From a virus, in the IMG/VR virus record IMGVR_UViG_3300034104_006814, positions 7,108 to 71,107 of that record: DNA of 64,000 nt; one strand, 5' to 3'. A program made the translations under genes and the position numbers. Below are positions 46,851-56,260 of the stretch, piece after piece (the first letter of the stretch is position 1; each line of letters begins with the position of its first letter). The notes beneath the pieces are model-generated. The model had not been told where the DNA came from, did no database searches, and was given only the letters and a program-made list of their open reading frames with translations.

Positions 46851-48641
46851 CAGAAAACTCCTTGAAGAAGAAACTCTTCAAAAGATTAAAGAAGTTAATG
46901 ATGAAGCTGGATACCGAAGTTATCTTGAGGTTCCAGAGATGGTGAATATTATTGCTTCTATTATTGAGCAGCAAGCGCAGGACTGGGAATCTTGTGCCGA
47001 CAATTTAGTTGACTATGCTCATGAATTTGTGGCAAACTTATCTACATGGGGCAAAGGATACGATAGATACGACAAAGATATCAAAAAAGCGGAAGACGCT
47101 ATTGAACAATATAAAATATTAAAAAATGGAACAGTATAAAATTAACCTACTTAAACTTGCAGCTAAACATAATTTCATTTATGATGTTGCATGGAACGAG
47201 GATCTAGTGTTTAGTATTACTTGCGGCGATGTATTTTATCGTGCGGCAGATGATGAAGTCATCACTTCACAAGAAGATGTTGACATGCTTGAACAAGCAT
47301 CTAAAGATCTGTTAGAAATTAATGATAATGCAAATGCTTGGGCCACTATTTTATTTACAGCAAGAAAGCGTAAGATGCGACCTTTAAAAGATTGGTATCT
47401 TGGGCTTGACGATGAGATTGTAAAATTATTTAATGCTTGCGCACCAAAACGTCACGCTACCAAAGAAGAAGCATTAGCCCAGTATAATTGGTTAAAGGCC
47501 AATAGCAAAAGAAACAAAAAATGAAAATCAATAGAGAAGAACTCCACAGACTATACCTCAACAAAGTAACCGAAGTTGCAGAAGAATGCGATTGGGTCAC
47601 TTCTTTTTCTATTGAAGATGTTGTTCGTTTGATTTCTTTGGTTATTGAACAGAATCCTCACGTTGTTCAGGTTGACATCAATCCGCATGATGGATCTACT
47701 TTAGATAATTTTCTATTAGAAGAAGAGAATGCAAGACTTAAAAAAGAATTAAAAAGACTCGAAAGAACAAACTCGCAACTAAGGGACGAATTATCAAATC
47801 CTCCAGCAGATGTTCAAGAATATGTCTTGCATAAGTTGGGGGTTCGTGAGATAATCATGGAGCTAGAGAAAGAAATAAGAGATCTTAAAGATCATATCAA
47901 ATAATATGAAAATCTTCATGATTATTCTTGCATTAGCTATACTCTACGCTTCTTCTCATTGGGAACATCATGATTAAAATACAAGATGAGATAATTTTTG
48001 GAATACTTAATGCTTTGTCTATTCTCGCTTTGATTGCTTTTGGTAGATGGTTTGATAAACACATATGAAAGAATATCCAGAAGACTACAAAGGTCCAAAA
48101 GCAGGTCATTCTTCTGACGAAGAATGGCTTGCGGTTCGATGGTATGAAGCTTATATTTATATTTTAAATGGCACATGGACATATTGTGATTTTGATTGTT
48201 TTTGCGTAGCATTAGAGAGAAGTAAAATTAAGTAAATAATTATGGAAAAGAAAAGAGTTTACGTTGTTTTTGCGGATACGCCTTTCGCTGATTATCAATT
48301 TCGCGCCCTCTTCTTCACGGAAGAGGCTGCAAAACAATATGTTTCAAAGCGTGCTACACCAAAAAATTGCACAATAGAGATATTTGAAGAAATGGAAGAT
48401 GGAGCAAGCAAAGAGATTTATTAATATGAACTTACAAGATTTTACAAACAAAAAGCACACACATTATCTTATTGGTTATCTCGAAGATGATGAGTTTTGG
48501 TGTGTGAATGAATGCGGCAGTCTCAAAAGCGCTTTCGAAATGATTGAGCATCATAAAATTCTTTCTAAATCTAATAATTTAAATCATAGAGATTATATCA
48601 TTTTAGAAAAGCAAATCACATACTCTCAAGTAAAAGTATGA
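46840..48641 (+). other. run of small hypothetical CDS (46840-47139, 47126-47524, 47521-47904, 48242-48424, 48426-48641)
   Basis: Contiguous + strand ORFs. Confidence 0.6.
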
Positions 48642-48696
48642 ACGGAAAAGGATCAAAACCGCGACCAATTAAAAATATTAATAAATACATATCAAA

Positions 48697-48936
48697 TTGG
48701 GAACAGATAAACTGGAAAAAGACGAAGTCCAATTCAACTGGCAAAGGCTCAAGTTGATGATGATGAAAATGGGTCACTTCGATAAAACGGGTGATCCAAT
48801 TGCGCAGTTTAGATGGACAAATATAGGTTTAGAGCGTAAGATTTATAATCAATTAAATTACGGCTGGGTATTTAAGGTAGTGGATAAGCAAAAGTTTACC
48901 CATGCCGTAATTAAATATGACTTGCTTTCATCATGA
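48697..48936 (+). CDS. paralogue-family protein
   Basis: Ends FKVVDKQKFTHAVIKYDL; start uncertain. Confidence 0.7.
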   Translation: MGTDKLEKDEVQFNWQRLKLMMMKMGHFDKTGDPIAQFRWTNIGLERKIYNQLNYGWVFKVVDKQKFTHAVIKYDLLSS

Positions 48937-49229
48937 GTGAATATATTGTTTTAGACCAGTACATGAAGATCCAGAAGACTGGCAATGATTTCATTTACAT
49001 GGAATGGTCTAGCTTGAGTAAATTGATGATAAGTTTAGGATGGATTAATAAAGATATAGCTGCTTTCTCAGCTTATAATTACAAATGGGAATTTATTGGT
49101 TTAAAATATATCAAAAGGACTTTTAAAAAATCCACTCTGTTACATTTTGAGGTAGTAGATAAAAATAAATTTTTGTTTATACTTCTAAAACACTGCACTG
49201 ACTTCGATGGAATACATTATCATAGATAA
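48933..49229 (+). CDS. paralogue-family protein
   Basis: IGL...FEVVDKNKFLFILLKH. Confidence 0.75.
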   Translation: MSEYIVLDQYMKIQKTGNDFIYMEWSSLSKLMISLGWINKDIAAFSAYNYKWEFIGLKYIKRTFKKSTLLHFEVVDKNKFLFILLKHCTDFDGIHYHR

Positions 49230-49524
49230 ATTTTTGATTTGGCAGATTGAGGAAGAAATTCTAAAAGAAAATGTTGATGTAGGTATAGAAAATTATACCA
49301 ATCAAATGCTTGACCAAATAGAAGAAATACTAGGAATCGAGCATCATATTGTAGATTTAGATACTATAATTGATACATTAGATTTGCATGACAACTATCT
49401 ATTCAAGGTAGTAAATAAGCATAATTTTTTGTTCGCGGTTATAAAATATAATTTGAAATTTACTGTTGTTGATATTGATCCCAAAGCATACAAAAGAGAT
49501 TTTAATAAATCGTGGATTCTCTAG
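49207..49524 (+). CDS. paralogue-family protein
   Basis: LGI...FKVVNKHNFLFAVIKYNL. Confidence 0.75.
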   Translation: MEYIIIDKFLIWQIEEEILKENVDVGIENYTNQMLDQIEEILGIEHHIVDLDTIIDTLDLHDNYLFKVVNKHNFLFAVIKYNLKFTVVDIDPKAYKRDFNKSWIL

Positions 49525-49525
49525 A

Positions 49526-49789
49526 ATGAGCTTTATTAAAATTGACATCGTAACTATTGCTCAAATGGCGATAAAATACACAACCCTGTATCCTAATGAA
49601 GGTACAGATTGGAAACATTTTGGCTTAGAAAGAGTAATGGATAAAAATAAATCTAATTATAAAGAAGCTTTCCCCACAGGAGAAAGGGTACTTCCAGGCA
49701 TATTTGAGATAATAGATAAAGAAAAGTTTTTGTGGGTAATTATGAGTTTTGATTTTAAATATACTGTTTATGAATGTGGCGATCAATAG
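49526..49789 (+). CDS. paralogue-family protein
   Basis: FGL...FEIIDKEKFLWVIM. Confidence 0.75.
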   Translation: MSFIKIDIVTIAQMAIKYTTLYPNEGTDWKHFGLERVMDKNKSNYKEAFPTGERVLPGIFEIIDKEKFLWVIMSFDFKYTVYECGDQ

Positions 49790-49985
49790 AGATGCGGCAT
49801 TGAGAGCAATATTTGCATTTGAAATGGATAACAAAAAAGAATTTAGATATTGGGAAAATTTAGGCATCGAATATCTCCAAAGTGGAGATGGCAGCAGATG
49901 GTATTTCAAAGTAATTAATAAAGAATTATTAATGTGGTCTATGCTTAAATACGGATTTGAAATCGAGTCATATAGTAATTTGTAA
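49770..49985 (+). CDS. paralogue-family protein
   Basis: LGI...FKVINKELLMWSMLKYGF. Confidence 0.75.
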   Translation: MNVAINRDAALRAIFAFEMDNKKEFRYWENLGIEYLQSGDGSRWYFKVINKELLMWSMLKYGFEIESYSNL

Positions 49986-50294
49986 TAAGATGCCCCTTGT
50001 AAAAGGCATTTGTGACGCATTGAGACACGATTGTAGGGGTTGATTTATTGATTGGCTACATTGTGCCAACTTCGTTGGCAACTGCCACGCAACAGAGTAA
50101 ATTGTAACAACGTCTCGCCCGCCTTGTATAATAAACAATAGAAGAATGAATAAAGTATATAATAGGACATACAGTAAAGAAAAGAAAAGAAAGTATTAAT
50201 AAGAATTAAAATGTGAAATAACTGAAGTAAAATGTTATATAAAAAGTGAAATGTTATAATAAAATACAAAATGTGAAATGAAAAACAGCAAAAA

Positions 50295-50384
50295 TGAAAG
50301 AGGTAAAATGAGGGAAAGTGAAAGAGGTAAAGTGAAAGAGGTGAAGTGAAAGAGGTGAAGTGAAAGAGGTAAAATGAGGGAAAG
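50295..50384. repeat. purine-rich direct repeats (TGAAAGAGGT x5, last four at 14-bp period)
   Basis: Copies at 50295, 50319, 50333, 50347, 50361. Confidence 0.9.
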
Positions 50385-50982
50385 CATCTGCCCCCTTTAT
50401 CTTTCTTTTCGTTCAATTCCTTAATGCAACTCACTTGCAATAACGCCCCACAATCCCGCTCGGGCAAAACATGCCGACAAAACTTCAAAATATCTCAAAA
50501 AACTACCGAACGGGAAAAACATGCCGACGAAATTTCCAAAAAATTATTTGACACGGGCCAAATAAACGTATATACTGGGACAAACTGTGCTTTGTAAACG
50601 CCTGCGCCGCAAGACGTTATGGCACCGAATAAAAACTTAACTCAAAAAAATCCAAAAAATTACTTGACACGAACCAAATAAGCGTCTTGCGGCGGGGGGT
50701 CAAAAAATTACCAAAAAATTACCAAATAAAGCCCAAATAACGGCCAGGACTTTTGGGGGGGTTTCGCAGCGTTTCGCACGATTTCAAATGTTTTCGTTAG
50801 ATTAGATAAGATCTGCTTATAATAGGAAGAATCAAAAATTAGCGGGAAAGAACGAAATAAAGGGTGAGGTTGGGGCCAGGGGCACCCCTGGCCTAGCACG
50901 TCCCATGCCAACTGGCATGGGATATTTTTTTGTTAAAAAGCTGTTGACCACCTCATTTGTATGTGGTTTAATTATCACCGTT

Positions 50983-51273
50983 ATGAACAACAACATTGTT
51001 ACCTCCACCTCCACTGAAACCGCAACTGTCAAGCGTGGGCGCGGTCGCCCGCATGGCAGCAACTCGTTTGAAAATGTGCAGATCAAGCATCTGCTTAATT
51101 TCCTTTCTGAGGATGCCAGCGTTCCTGTATCCAAGATCTGGATGCGCGACACGCTTGGTTGCATTATCGAAGCTCGTCCGTTGCAGGTTATCAAGAGTGA
51201 TGATACTACCCACCACATCATTGAACAACCAGAAGAAAAAGTTCAGTACGCACTCGAAACTTTCGAGGAATAG
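50983..51273 (+). CDS. AT-hook-containing small DNA-binding protein
   Basis: KRGRGRPHGS; TTGACC promoter upstream. Confidence 0.75.
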   Translation: MNNNIVTSTSTETATVKRGRGRPHGSNSFENVQIKHLLNFLSEDASVPVSKIWMRDTLGCIIEARPLQVIKSDDTTHHIIEQPEEKVQYALETFEE

Positions 51274-51313
51274 TTGTTGACTTGCCTTTTTAATTGCCTT
51301 ATATTCATTGCTT

Positions 51314-52246
51314 ATGTTTGACAACCTCATTGGACAACCCGAAATCAAAAAGCAGTTGGAATTTTATTCCAATGCTTATCAGAAAACGTCAGTCGTACCC
51401 TTTCTCCTACTCAATGGCGCAAAGGGTTTGGGTAAGACTGAGTTTCTCAAGCAGTTCAGCAAGTCGCTGACCAATGTGGACGGCAAGCCTCGTCCCATGC
51501 TTGAACTCAACAGCTCCACAATCAAGAACAATCAAATGTTCTTCGAGCAGATCTTCCTTCCGATTGTGCAGGGTAACGAAGTAACTCTTTTCTTTGATGA
51601 GTGTCACGCACTCCCCAAGGATTTGGTGATGGCATTCCTGTCCATCCTTAACACTGAGCGCACTCCTTTTAAGGAATTTAATTGGCGCGAATTTACTTTC
51701 CAATTTGACTTCACAAAGATTTCCATGATCTTTGCGACGACTGAGTTGGATAAGCTGTTCCCACCTCTAAAGGATCGTCTGACCATCCTCGACTTCAAGC
51801 CGTACAAAACGGATGAGTTAAGTCAGATCATTAAAGGTCGCCTCAATGACGTTGACTTCGAGGATGGTGTACTCGAAGATATTGCGAGCACCACTCGCGG
51901 CAATGCTCGTAGCGCAGTCAAACGCGCAAAAGAGATTGAGATTTACTGCGAGACTAACAACTCTGCCACCTTCTTCAAGGAGGAGTGGCTTGAGCTTCGC
52001 CAAATTCTCGGCATCAAACCTCTCGGTTTGTCAAACACTGAGATTCAAGTCTTGGAAATTCTTGCGGAACGCGGCCCATCTACACTCCAGACTATCGCAG
52101 CGGTCACGGGTATGTCACGCACTGCGATCCAGCGTGATGCCGAACTGTATCTTTTACAGCGTGGACTTATGAAGATCGATGGCACTCGCGAGATCACCAG
52201 AGCAGGAGTTGAAGTTCTGCATGAGATCACAGCAAAAGGTTTTTAG
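51314..52246 (+). CDS. ruvB: RuvB-like Holliday junction helicase
   Basis: FDNLIGQ, GAKGLGKT, FFDECH, FATT...PLKDR, RGNARSA, C-terminal wHTH (E.YLLQRGL). Confidence 0.8.
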   Translation: MFDNLIGQPEIKKQLEFYSNAYQKTSVVPFLLLNGAKGLGKTEFLKQFSKSLTNVDGKPRPMLELNSSTIKNNQMFFEQIFLPIVQGNEVTLFFDECHALPKDLVMAFLSILNTERTPFKEFNWREFTFQFDFTKISMIFATTELDKLFPPLKDRLTILDFKPYKTDELSQIIKGRLNDVDFEDGVLEDIASTTRGNARSAVKRAKEIEIYCETNNSATFFKEEWLELRQILGIKPLGLSNTEIQVLEILAERGPSTLQTIAAVTGMSRTAIQRDAELYLLQRGLMKIDGTREITRAGVEVLHEITAKGF

Positions 52247-52302
52247 AATGTGACTGGCTGGCCACAATAAAGTCCTACATGTGTAGGATCTACGAAAGTA
52301 GG

Positions 52303-52333
52303 AACCCTTGACTCCGTGAGTCAAGGGTTTTTT
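52303..52333 (+). terminator. intrinsic terminator
   Basis: AACCCTTGACTC-CGT-GAGTCAAGGGTTTTTT. Confidence 0.9.
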
Positions 52334-52518
52334 ATTTTAAAAGTTAAAGAAAAATTAACTAAATAAGGGCAAATAAGCGATTAGCTCCAGGGGTGCCCCT
52401 GGGCTCCAGCACAAAACCCCACAACCCTCTCGGGTTGTGGGGCTTAGGCTTAGGGGGAATTTTTATTTATTATTTTTGAAGTACGCCGCAGCAAACACTA
52501 GTACAGCGATCAACAGCA

Positions 52519-53064
52519 TCATAAAACTTGTCGATAGCAAGTCTCAAGGGTGATAAGTTCGAGGTCTTCGCTGATCGGGCGGAGCAGTCTGGCTTGCCAG
52601 TTCTTTGCCGTTTCGATCTGCGCGGGCGTGGGTCGAGCGGGATAGTAGGCGAAGATTCTGCCCGTCGTGCTGTTGCGGATGGCATGAGTCTTGCCGCGTG
52701 GGTGCATGAGCCATAGGGTGCCATCATAGCATCTTTCGGGAATCTTGCCTAGCTTCAACATCCACTTTCTCCACACGGGGGAATGAGAGAGAACCTTGCG
52801 CTCTTCATACTCCAAGGCGTGCGCCCATTCGTGGACGATGGTTTCTTGAATCTTGTCAAGGAAGTTTGGGATGCTAAGATTCAACGAAACAATCTTTGTG
52901 GACAGTTCGATGTACTTCATTCCCCGCTTGACAACGCAGCGACCCATTGCATTTGTCAATCGGGTATTCCAACGGAACGCCCAACCAGCAAGCTGTGGAT
53001 GATTGCGCTTGATGACTTCACTGAGTGAATTGTATTTTTCGGCAACTTGAGCAAATGTGGTCAT
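52519..53064 (-). CDS. SprT-like metalloprotease
   Basis: GRC...IELS, ETIVHEWAHAL, H...W. Confidence 0.85.
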   Translation of the reverse strand: MTTFAQVAEKYNSLSEVIKRNHPQLAGWAFRWNTRLTNAMGRCVVKRGMKYIELSTKIVSLNLSIPNFLDKIQETIVHEWAHALEYEERKVLSHSPVWRKWMLKLGKIPERCYDGTLWLMHPRGKTHAIRNSTTGRIFAYYPARPTPAQIETAKNWQARLLRPISEDLELITLETCYRQVL

Positions 53065-53065
53065 A

Positions 53066-53266
53066 TTAGCAAACTATGTTGTGCGCATCATTGTACAGAG
53101 CCGTACCTTCTTCGTCAATCTCAAAAGACTCGTCTAGGTAATGTTCATTACCCTCATTATTCACAGAGGCTTCCAAAGCAAATTCTTTTGCAGCTTCCAA
53201 CGATTCGGCTTGAATGTTGATGGTTCCGTATGTGGTGTATTGATAAGCAATTTTATATGTTTTCAT
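53066..53266 (-). CDS. small acidic hypothetical protein
   Basis: MKTYKI...IQAESLEAAKE. Confidence 0.7.
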   Translation of the reverse strand: MKTYKIAYQYTTYGTINIQAESLEAAKEFALEASVNNEGNEHYLDESFEIDEEGTALYNDAHNIVC

Positions 53267-53267
53267 A

Positions 53268-53453
53268 TTAGTCTTCGTCTCTGAACATAACCTCATCCTC
53301 GATATAGTCAATCAAATTCAACAGCCCGTCCATATGTTCGCGCATTTCATCTGTCCACTCAATTTTTTCATCCATCAGTTTGTAGAGTGTTTGTTTTTGT
53401 TTGCTTAGGAGATCGGGGCAAACACTGATTTCGATGTCGTAGATGGGTTTCAT
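53268..53453 (-). CDS. hypothetical protein
   Basis: LLSKQKQTL...DGLLNLIDYIED. Confidence 0.7.
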   Translation of the reverse strand: MKPIYDIEISVCPDLLSKQKQTLYKLMDEKIEWTDEMREHMDGLLNLIDYIEDEVMFRDED

Positions 53454-53477
53454 ATATTTAAGCAATTAAAAAAGTGA

Positions 53478-53552
53478 TGGTGGTTCTAGCTGGATTCGAA
53501 CCAGCAATAATTCTTTAGAAGAGAACTGTGATATCCCTTTCACCATAGAACC
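53478..53552 (-). tRNA. tRNA-Arg(UCU)
   Basis: Anticodon loop CTTCTAA, GGTTCGAATCC, CCA. Confidence 0.9.
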
Positions 53553-53595
53553 ATTGTTCACTTGGATATTATTTAGGTGTAATACTTACTGAACT

Positions 53596-54105
53596 ATGGA
53601 TAAAATTACACTAGAGCACCTCATAAGTCAAGGGCTTTCTTCGCATGAAATTGCGAAAAAGATGAACTGCGGCCAAACAAACATTATGTACTGGATGAAA
53701 AAACATAATTTAAAAACTTTAAACAGAGTTCGAGAACAAAAAGAGAAGAAGTGTCCTCGATGTCAATCTTTTTTTGATCTCTCTTTTTTTTATCAAAGAC
53801 GAGGTAAAATTGGAGGTTCTGTTTATTGTAAGAATTGCACTTCCGCGCAAACAGTAGAAAGACAAAAAAGATTTAAAATAGAATGCGTAACCTATAAAGG
53901 TGGTTGCTGTCAATCATGTAATTATTCAAAATCTCTTTCTGCTTTAGAATTTCATCACATAGATAAGGGAGAAAAAGATTTTGAAATATCAAGAGCAAAA
54001 TTAAAAACATTTAATGATTCAATTAAGAAGGAGTTAGATAAATGCGTTCTACTTTGTGCAAATTGCCATAGAGAAGAACATGATAAAAGTCAACCAGAAA
54101 CTTGA
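53596..54105 (+). CDS. HNH endonuclease with N-terminal HTH
   Basis: YKGGCCQSC, ALEFHH, ELDKCVLLCANCHRE. Confidence 0.9.
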   Translation: MDKITLEHLISQGLSSHEIAKKMNCGQTNIMYWMKKHNLKTLNRVREQKEKKCPRCQSFFDLSFFYQRRGKIGGSVYCKNCTSAQTVERQKRFKIECVTYKGGCCQSCNYSKSLSALEFHHIDKGEKDFEISRAKLKTFNDSIKKELDKCVLLCANCHREEHDKSQPET

Positions 54106-54170
54106 AAAGTTTCTGGAAAAGTGCGTAATAATAACACTTGACAGCCAGGCCAGGGGCACCCCTGGCGGGG

Positions 54171-55040
54171 TCACACCCGCAACTGTAACACTGCAAGATT
54201 CTTTTGTTTTGCTTCTAACTCTATGTCTACATTACTGTACTTAGGAAGAGATACGACATAGTCGCTGTGCGCACGATCCAAGGCGTGGTCTTTACCCTCA
54301 GAGTAATGAAACAAAGGAGTTACACCTTTCCATGTAGAAACACAGAAATCGTGAGCTTCTTGTTCAGTCTCACCCTCGTTGTTAATCAAGCGGTGATGAT
54401 AGTCTAATGTAATGGGAACATTAGAAAAGTATTGTGCGATCTTCTGATAAGTCCAGAAAGATTTATCTTCCGTCTCAAACACTAAGCGAGAGGTAACACT
54501 ATAAGATAATAGAGCAAAATTCTTGATAGCATTAACAGCCGCGATTTCTCCTAGCTTACCATTAGAGATGTGAATGTTAATCGGGTAAAAGAAATCTTGT
54601 GGAATCTCTAGCATATCAAACATCTTAGCATGATATTCGAGGTTCTTAATTCCTTTCTTGTTTACTTCTTCATTGTCTGAAGAGATAACACAAAATTGAT
54701 CGGGGTGTGTGCTGACACGACCACCCGCAGAAAGATAATCACGGATAGCTTGACGAGCTTCTAACCAAAAGTATTCCTTAGAACAAAAGAAGTTCCAATA
54801 ATGTTCAAACTCCTCATGGTCAGCGAGCGGGAACATATCGGATGAAATGCGGTACATCCAAATCTTTTCTTTGGTCAAATACTTTAATGCCTTGACAAGC
54901 TCACTGAGATTGTGGCGATAGACATCAAAAATCTTTTCTTGAGGTTTAGCCTCGGCTTGCGTGCGTTTAAGCTGCAAAGTCTTGAACTTGGTGGCTTCAT
55001 CACCAAGAATCAAACAACAAACTCCAATACGATTAGACAT
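54171..55040 (-). CDS. uvsE: UV damage endonuclease
   Basis: IGVCC, YRISSDMFP, STHPDQF, INIH, ETED, TLDYHH, PLFHYSE, RAHSDY, ELEAKQK. Confidence 0.93.
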   Translation of the reverse strand: MSNRIGVCCLILGDEATKFKTLQLKRTQAEAKPQEKIFDVYRHNLSELVKALKYLTKEKIWMYRISSDMFPLADHEEFEHYWNFFCSKEYFWLEARQAIRDYLSAGGRVSTHPDQFCVISSDNEEVNKKGIKNLEYHAKMFDMLEIPQDFFYPINIHISNGKLGEIAAVNAIKNFALLSYSVTSRLVFETEDKSFWTYQKIAQYFSNVPITLDYHHRLINNEGETEQEAHDFCVSTWKGVTPLFHYSEGKDHALDRAHSDYVVSLPKYSNVDIELEAKQKNLAVLQLRV

Positions 55041-55113
55041 ATAGACAGAATAGCTAAAAATTACAGAGAGTCAAAACAAATAACAACCAATTAAAACCAG
55101 GGGCACCCCTGGG

Positions 55114-55188
55114 TGGTGGATAGGGAGGGACTCGAACCCTCAACCAACGCCTTAAAAGGGCGCTGCTCTACCATTGAGCTACCTATCC
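55114..55188 (-). tRNA. tRNA-Lys(UUU)
   Basis: Anticodon loop CTTTTAA, CCA; 3' end 1 nt from a palindrome copy. Confidence 0.93.
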
Positions 55189-55253
55189 TTTGTGCCAGAG
55201 CCTCCCCCGCACTCGCGGGGGAGGATGGATGACACCAAACCAACCAACAGAAA

Positions 55254-55547
55254 TTATTTTCTTGCAGACTCGAAACAATGCCCAGCATGAGCATCGAGAT
55301 AAGCCCGAATAGAACCAATGTTTGACCATTGGACTTGTCGCTGCGCTCTGGCTTTCAGCCACGCCTCATCACCCAGAGGGTAGTAATCACGAGAATGAAA
55401 TTCTATTTCTTGAAACACGCTTTCAAACTGCTGAAGCGCTTTCAATGCTTCAAAGTACTGATGCCCCAACTTTGAACCATCGTTTCCACCCATGTGGATG
55501 ATGGGCAACTGCATTTCGGGATATTGTTCTGCAACGTATGTATTCAT
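55254..55547 (-). CDS. hypothetical phage protein
   Basis: PIIHMGG...FHSRDYYP; start moved to ATG 55547. Confidence 0.75.
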   Translation of the reverse strand: MNTYVAEQYPEMQLPIIHMGGNDGSKLGHQYFEALKALQQFESVFQEIEFHSRDYYPLGDEAWLKARAQRQVQWSNIGSIRAYLDAHAGHCFESARK

Positions 55548-55563
55548 TTTATTTGATTGTAAT

Positions 55564-55649
55564 TGGTACTGATGGCGGGACTCGAACCCGCACGCCCTAA
55601 AGGGCAACAGATTTTAAGTCTGTTGTGTCTGCCATTTCACCACATCAGC
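55564..55649 (-). tRNA. tRNA-Leu(UAA)
   Basis: Anticodon loop CTTAAAA, long variable arm, CCA. Confidence 0.93.
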
Positions 55650-55663
55650 ATTAGAAAGTCAAG

Positions 55664-55736
55664 TGGGAACGGTGGGACTCGAACCCACACTCAAGCGATT
55701 ATGAGTCGCCTGCTTTAACCTTTAAGCTACATTCCC
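55664..55736 (-). tRNA. tRNA-Ile2(CAU), lysidine type
   Basis: GCAGGCGACTCATAATCGCTTG anticodon arm typical of Ile2; CCA not encoded. Confidence 0.85.
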
Positions 55737-55743
55737 GTGAAGA

Positions 55744-56058
55744 TTAAAAAGAACCAACAATAATGTTAGACTCAGGAAAGCCCGATTCTGGATAATTGAT
55801 CCAGTCACCTTCGTCAACAGAGTAGCCCAACTCCGTGAGTGCTGTCAAGGCTGCATTTTCAAACCATCCTTCTTTGAAGGCCCACACGAAATCGCCATTG
55901 ACATCTACCAAAGTATAATCTTTGATGTTAGACGAATCATATTGATCGTCAGTCTTCAGAAAATACCCAACATGGCCCAGAACATCTGAATAAAGATATT
56001 CGGGATTTTCGATATTGATTGTTTCGTCTGCGCCTTCGAAGGTGATCGTGTAGGTCAT
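55744..56058 (-). CDS. acidic hypothetical protein
   Basis: ATG 6 nt after -10 box. Confidence 0.75.
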   Translation of the reverse strand: MTYTITFEGADETINIENPEYLYSDVLGHVGYFLKTDDQYDSSNIKDYTLVDVNGDFVWAFKEGWFENAALTALTELGYSVDEGDWINYPESGFPESNIIVGSF

Positions 56059-56260
56059 GCATTCAATCTATCACAGAATCAGAGGAGAGCAACAGAAATC
56101 TTCACGAATGTGAAGATTTTCAAAGTTTACCTAAATAACTGTTAATAAAGGACTTAGCTCCAGGGGTGCCCCTGGGCGAAAAAAATGCAGGCCGCGCATG
56201 GCGCGACCTGCATTGATGGGGGGAGAAGCGGCGGGCCGTAACCCGCCGCCCCCGTGGGGC

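Noticed and set aside
50045-50488. 147-aa Phe-rich minus-strand ORF
   Set aside because: Low-complexity product of the purine-rich repeat tract.
52250-52302. Hammerhead ribozyme downstream of ruvB (hairpins plus GAAA)
   Set aside because: The CUGAnGA core is absent and GAAA is simply a tetraloop.
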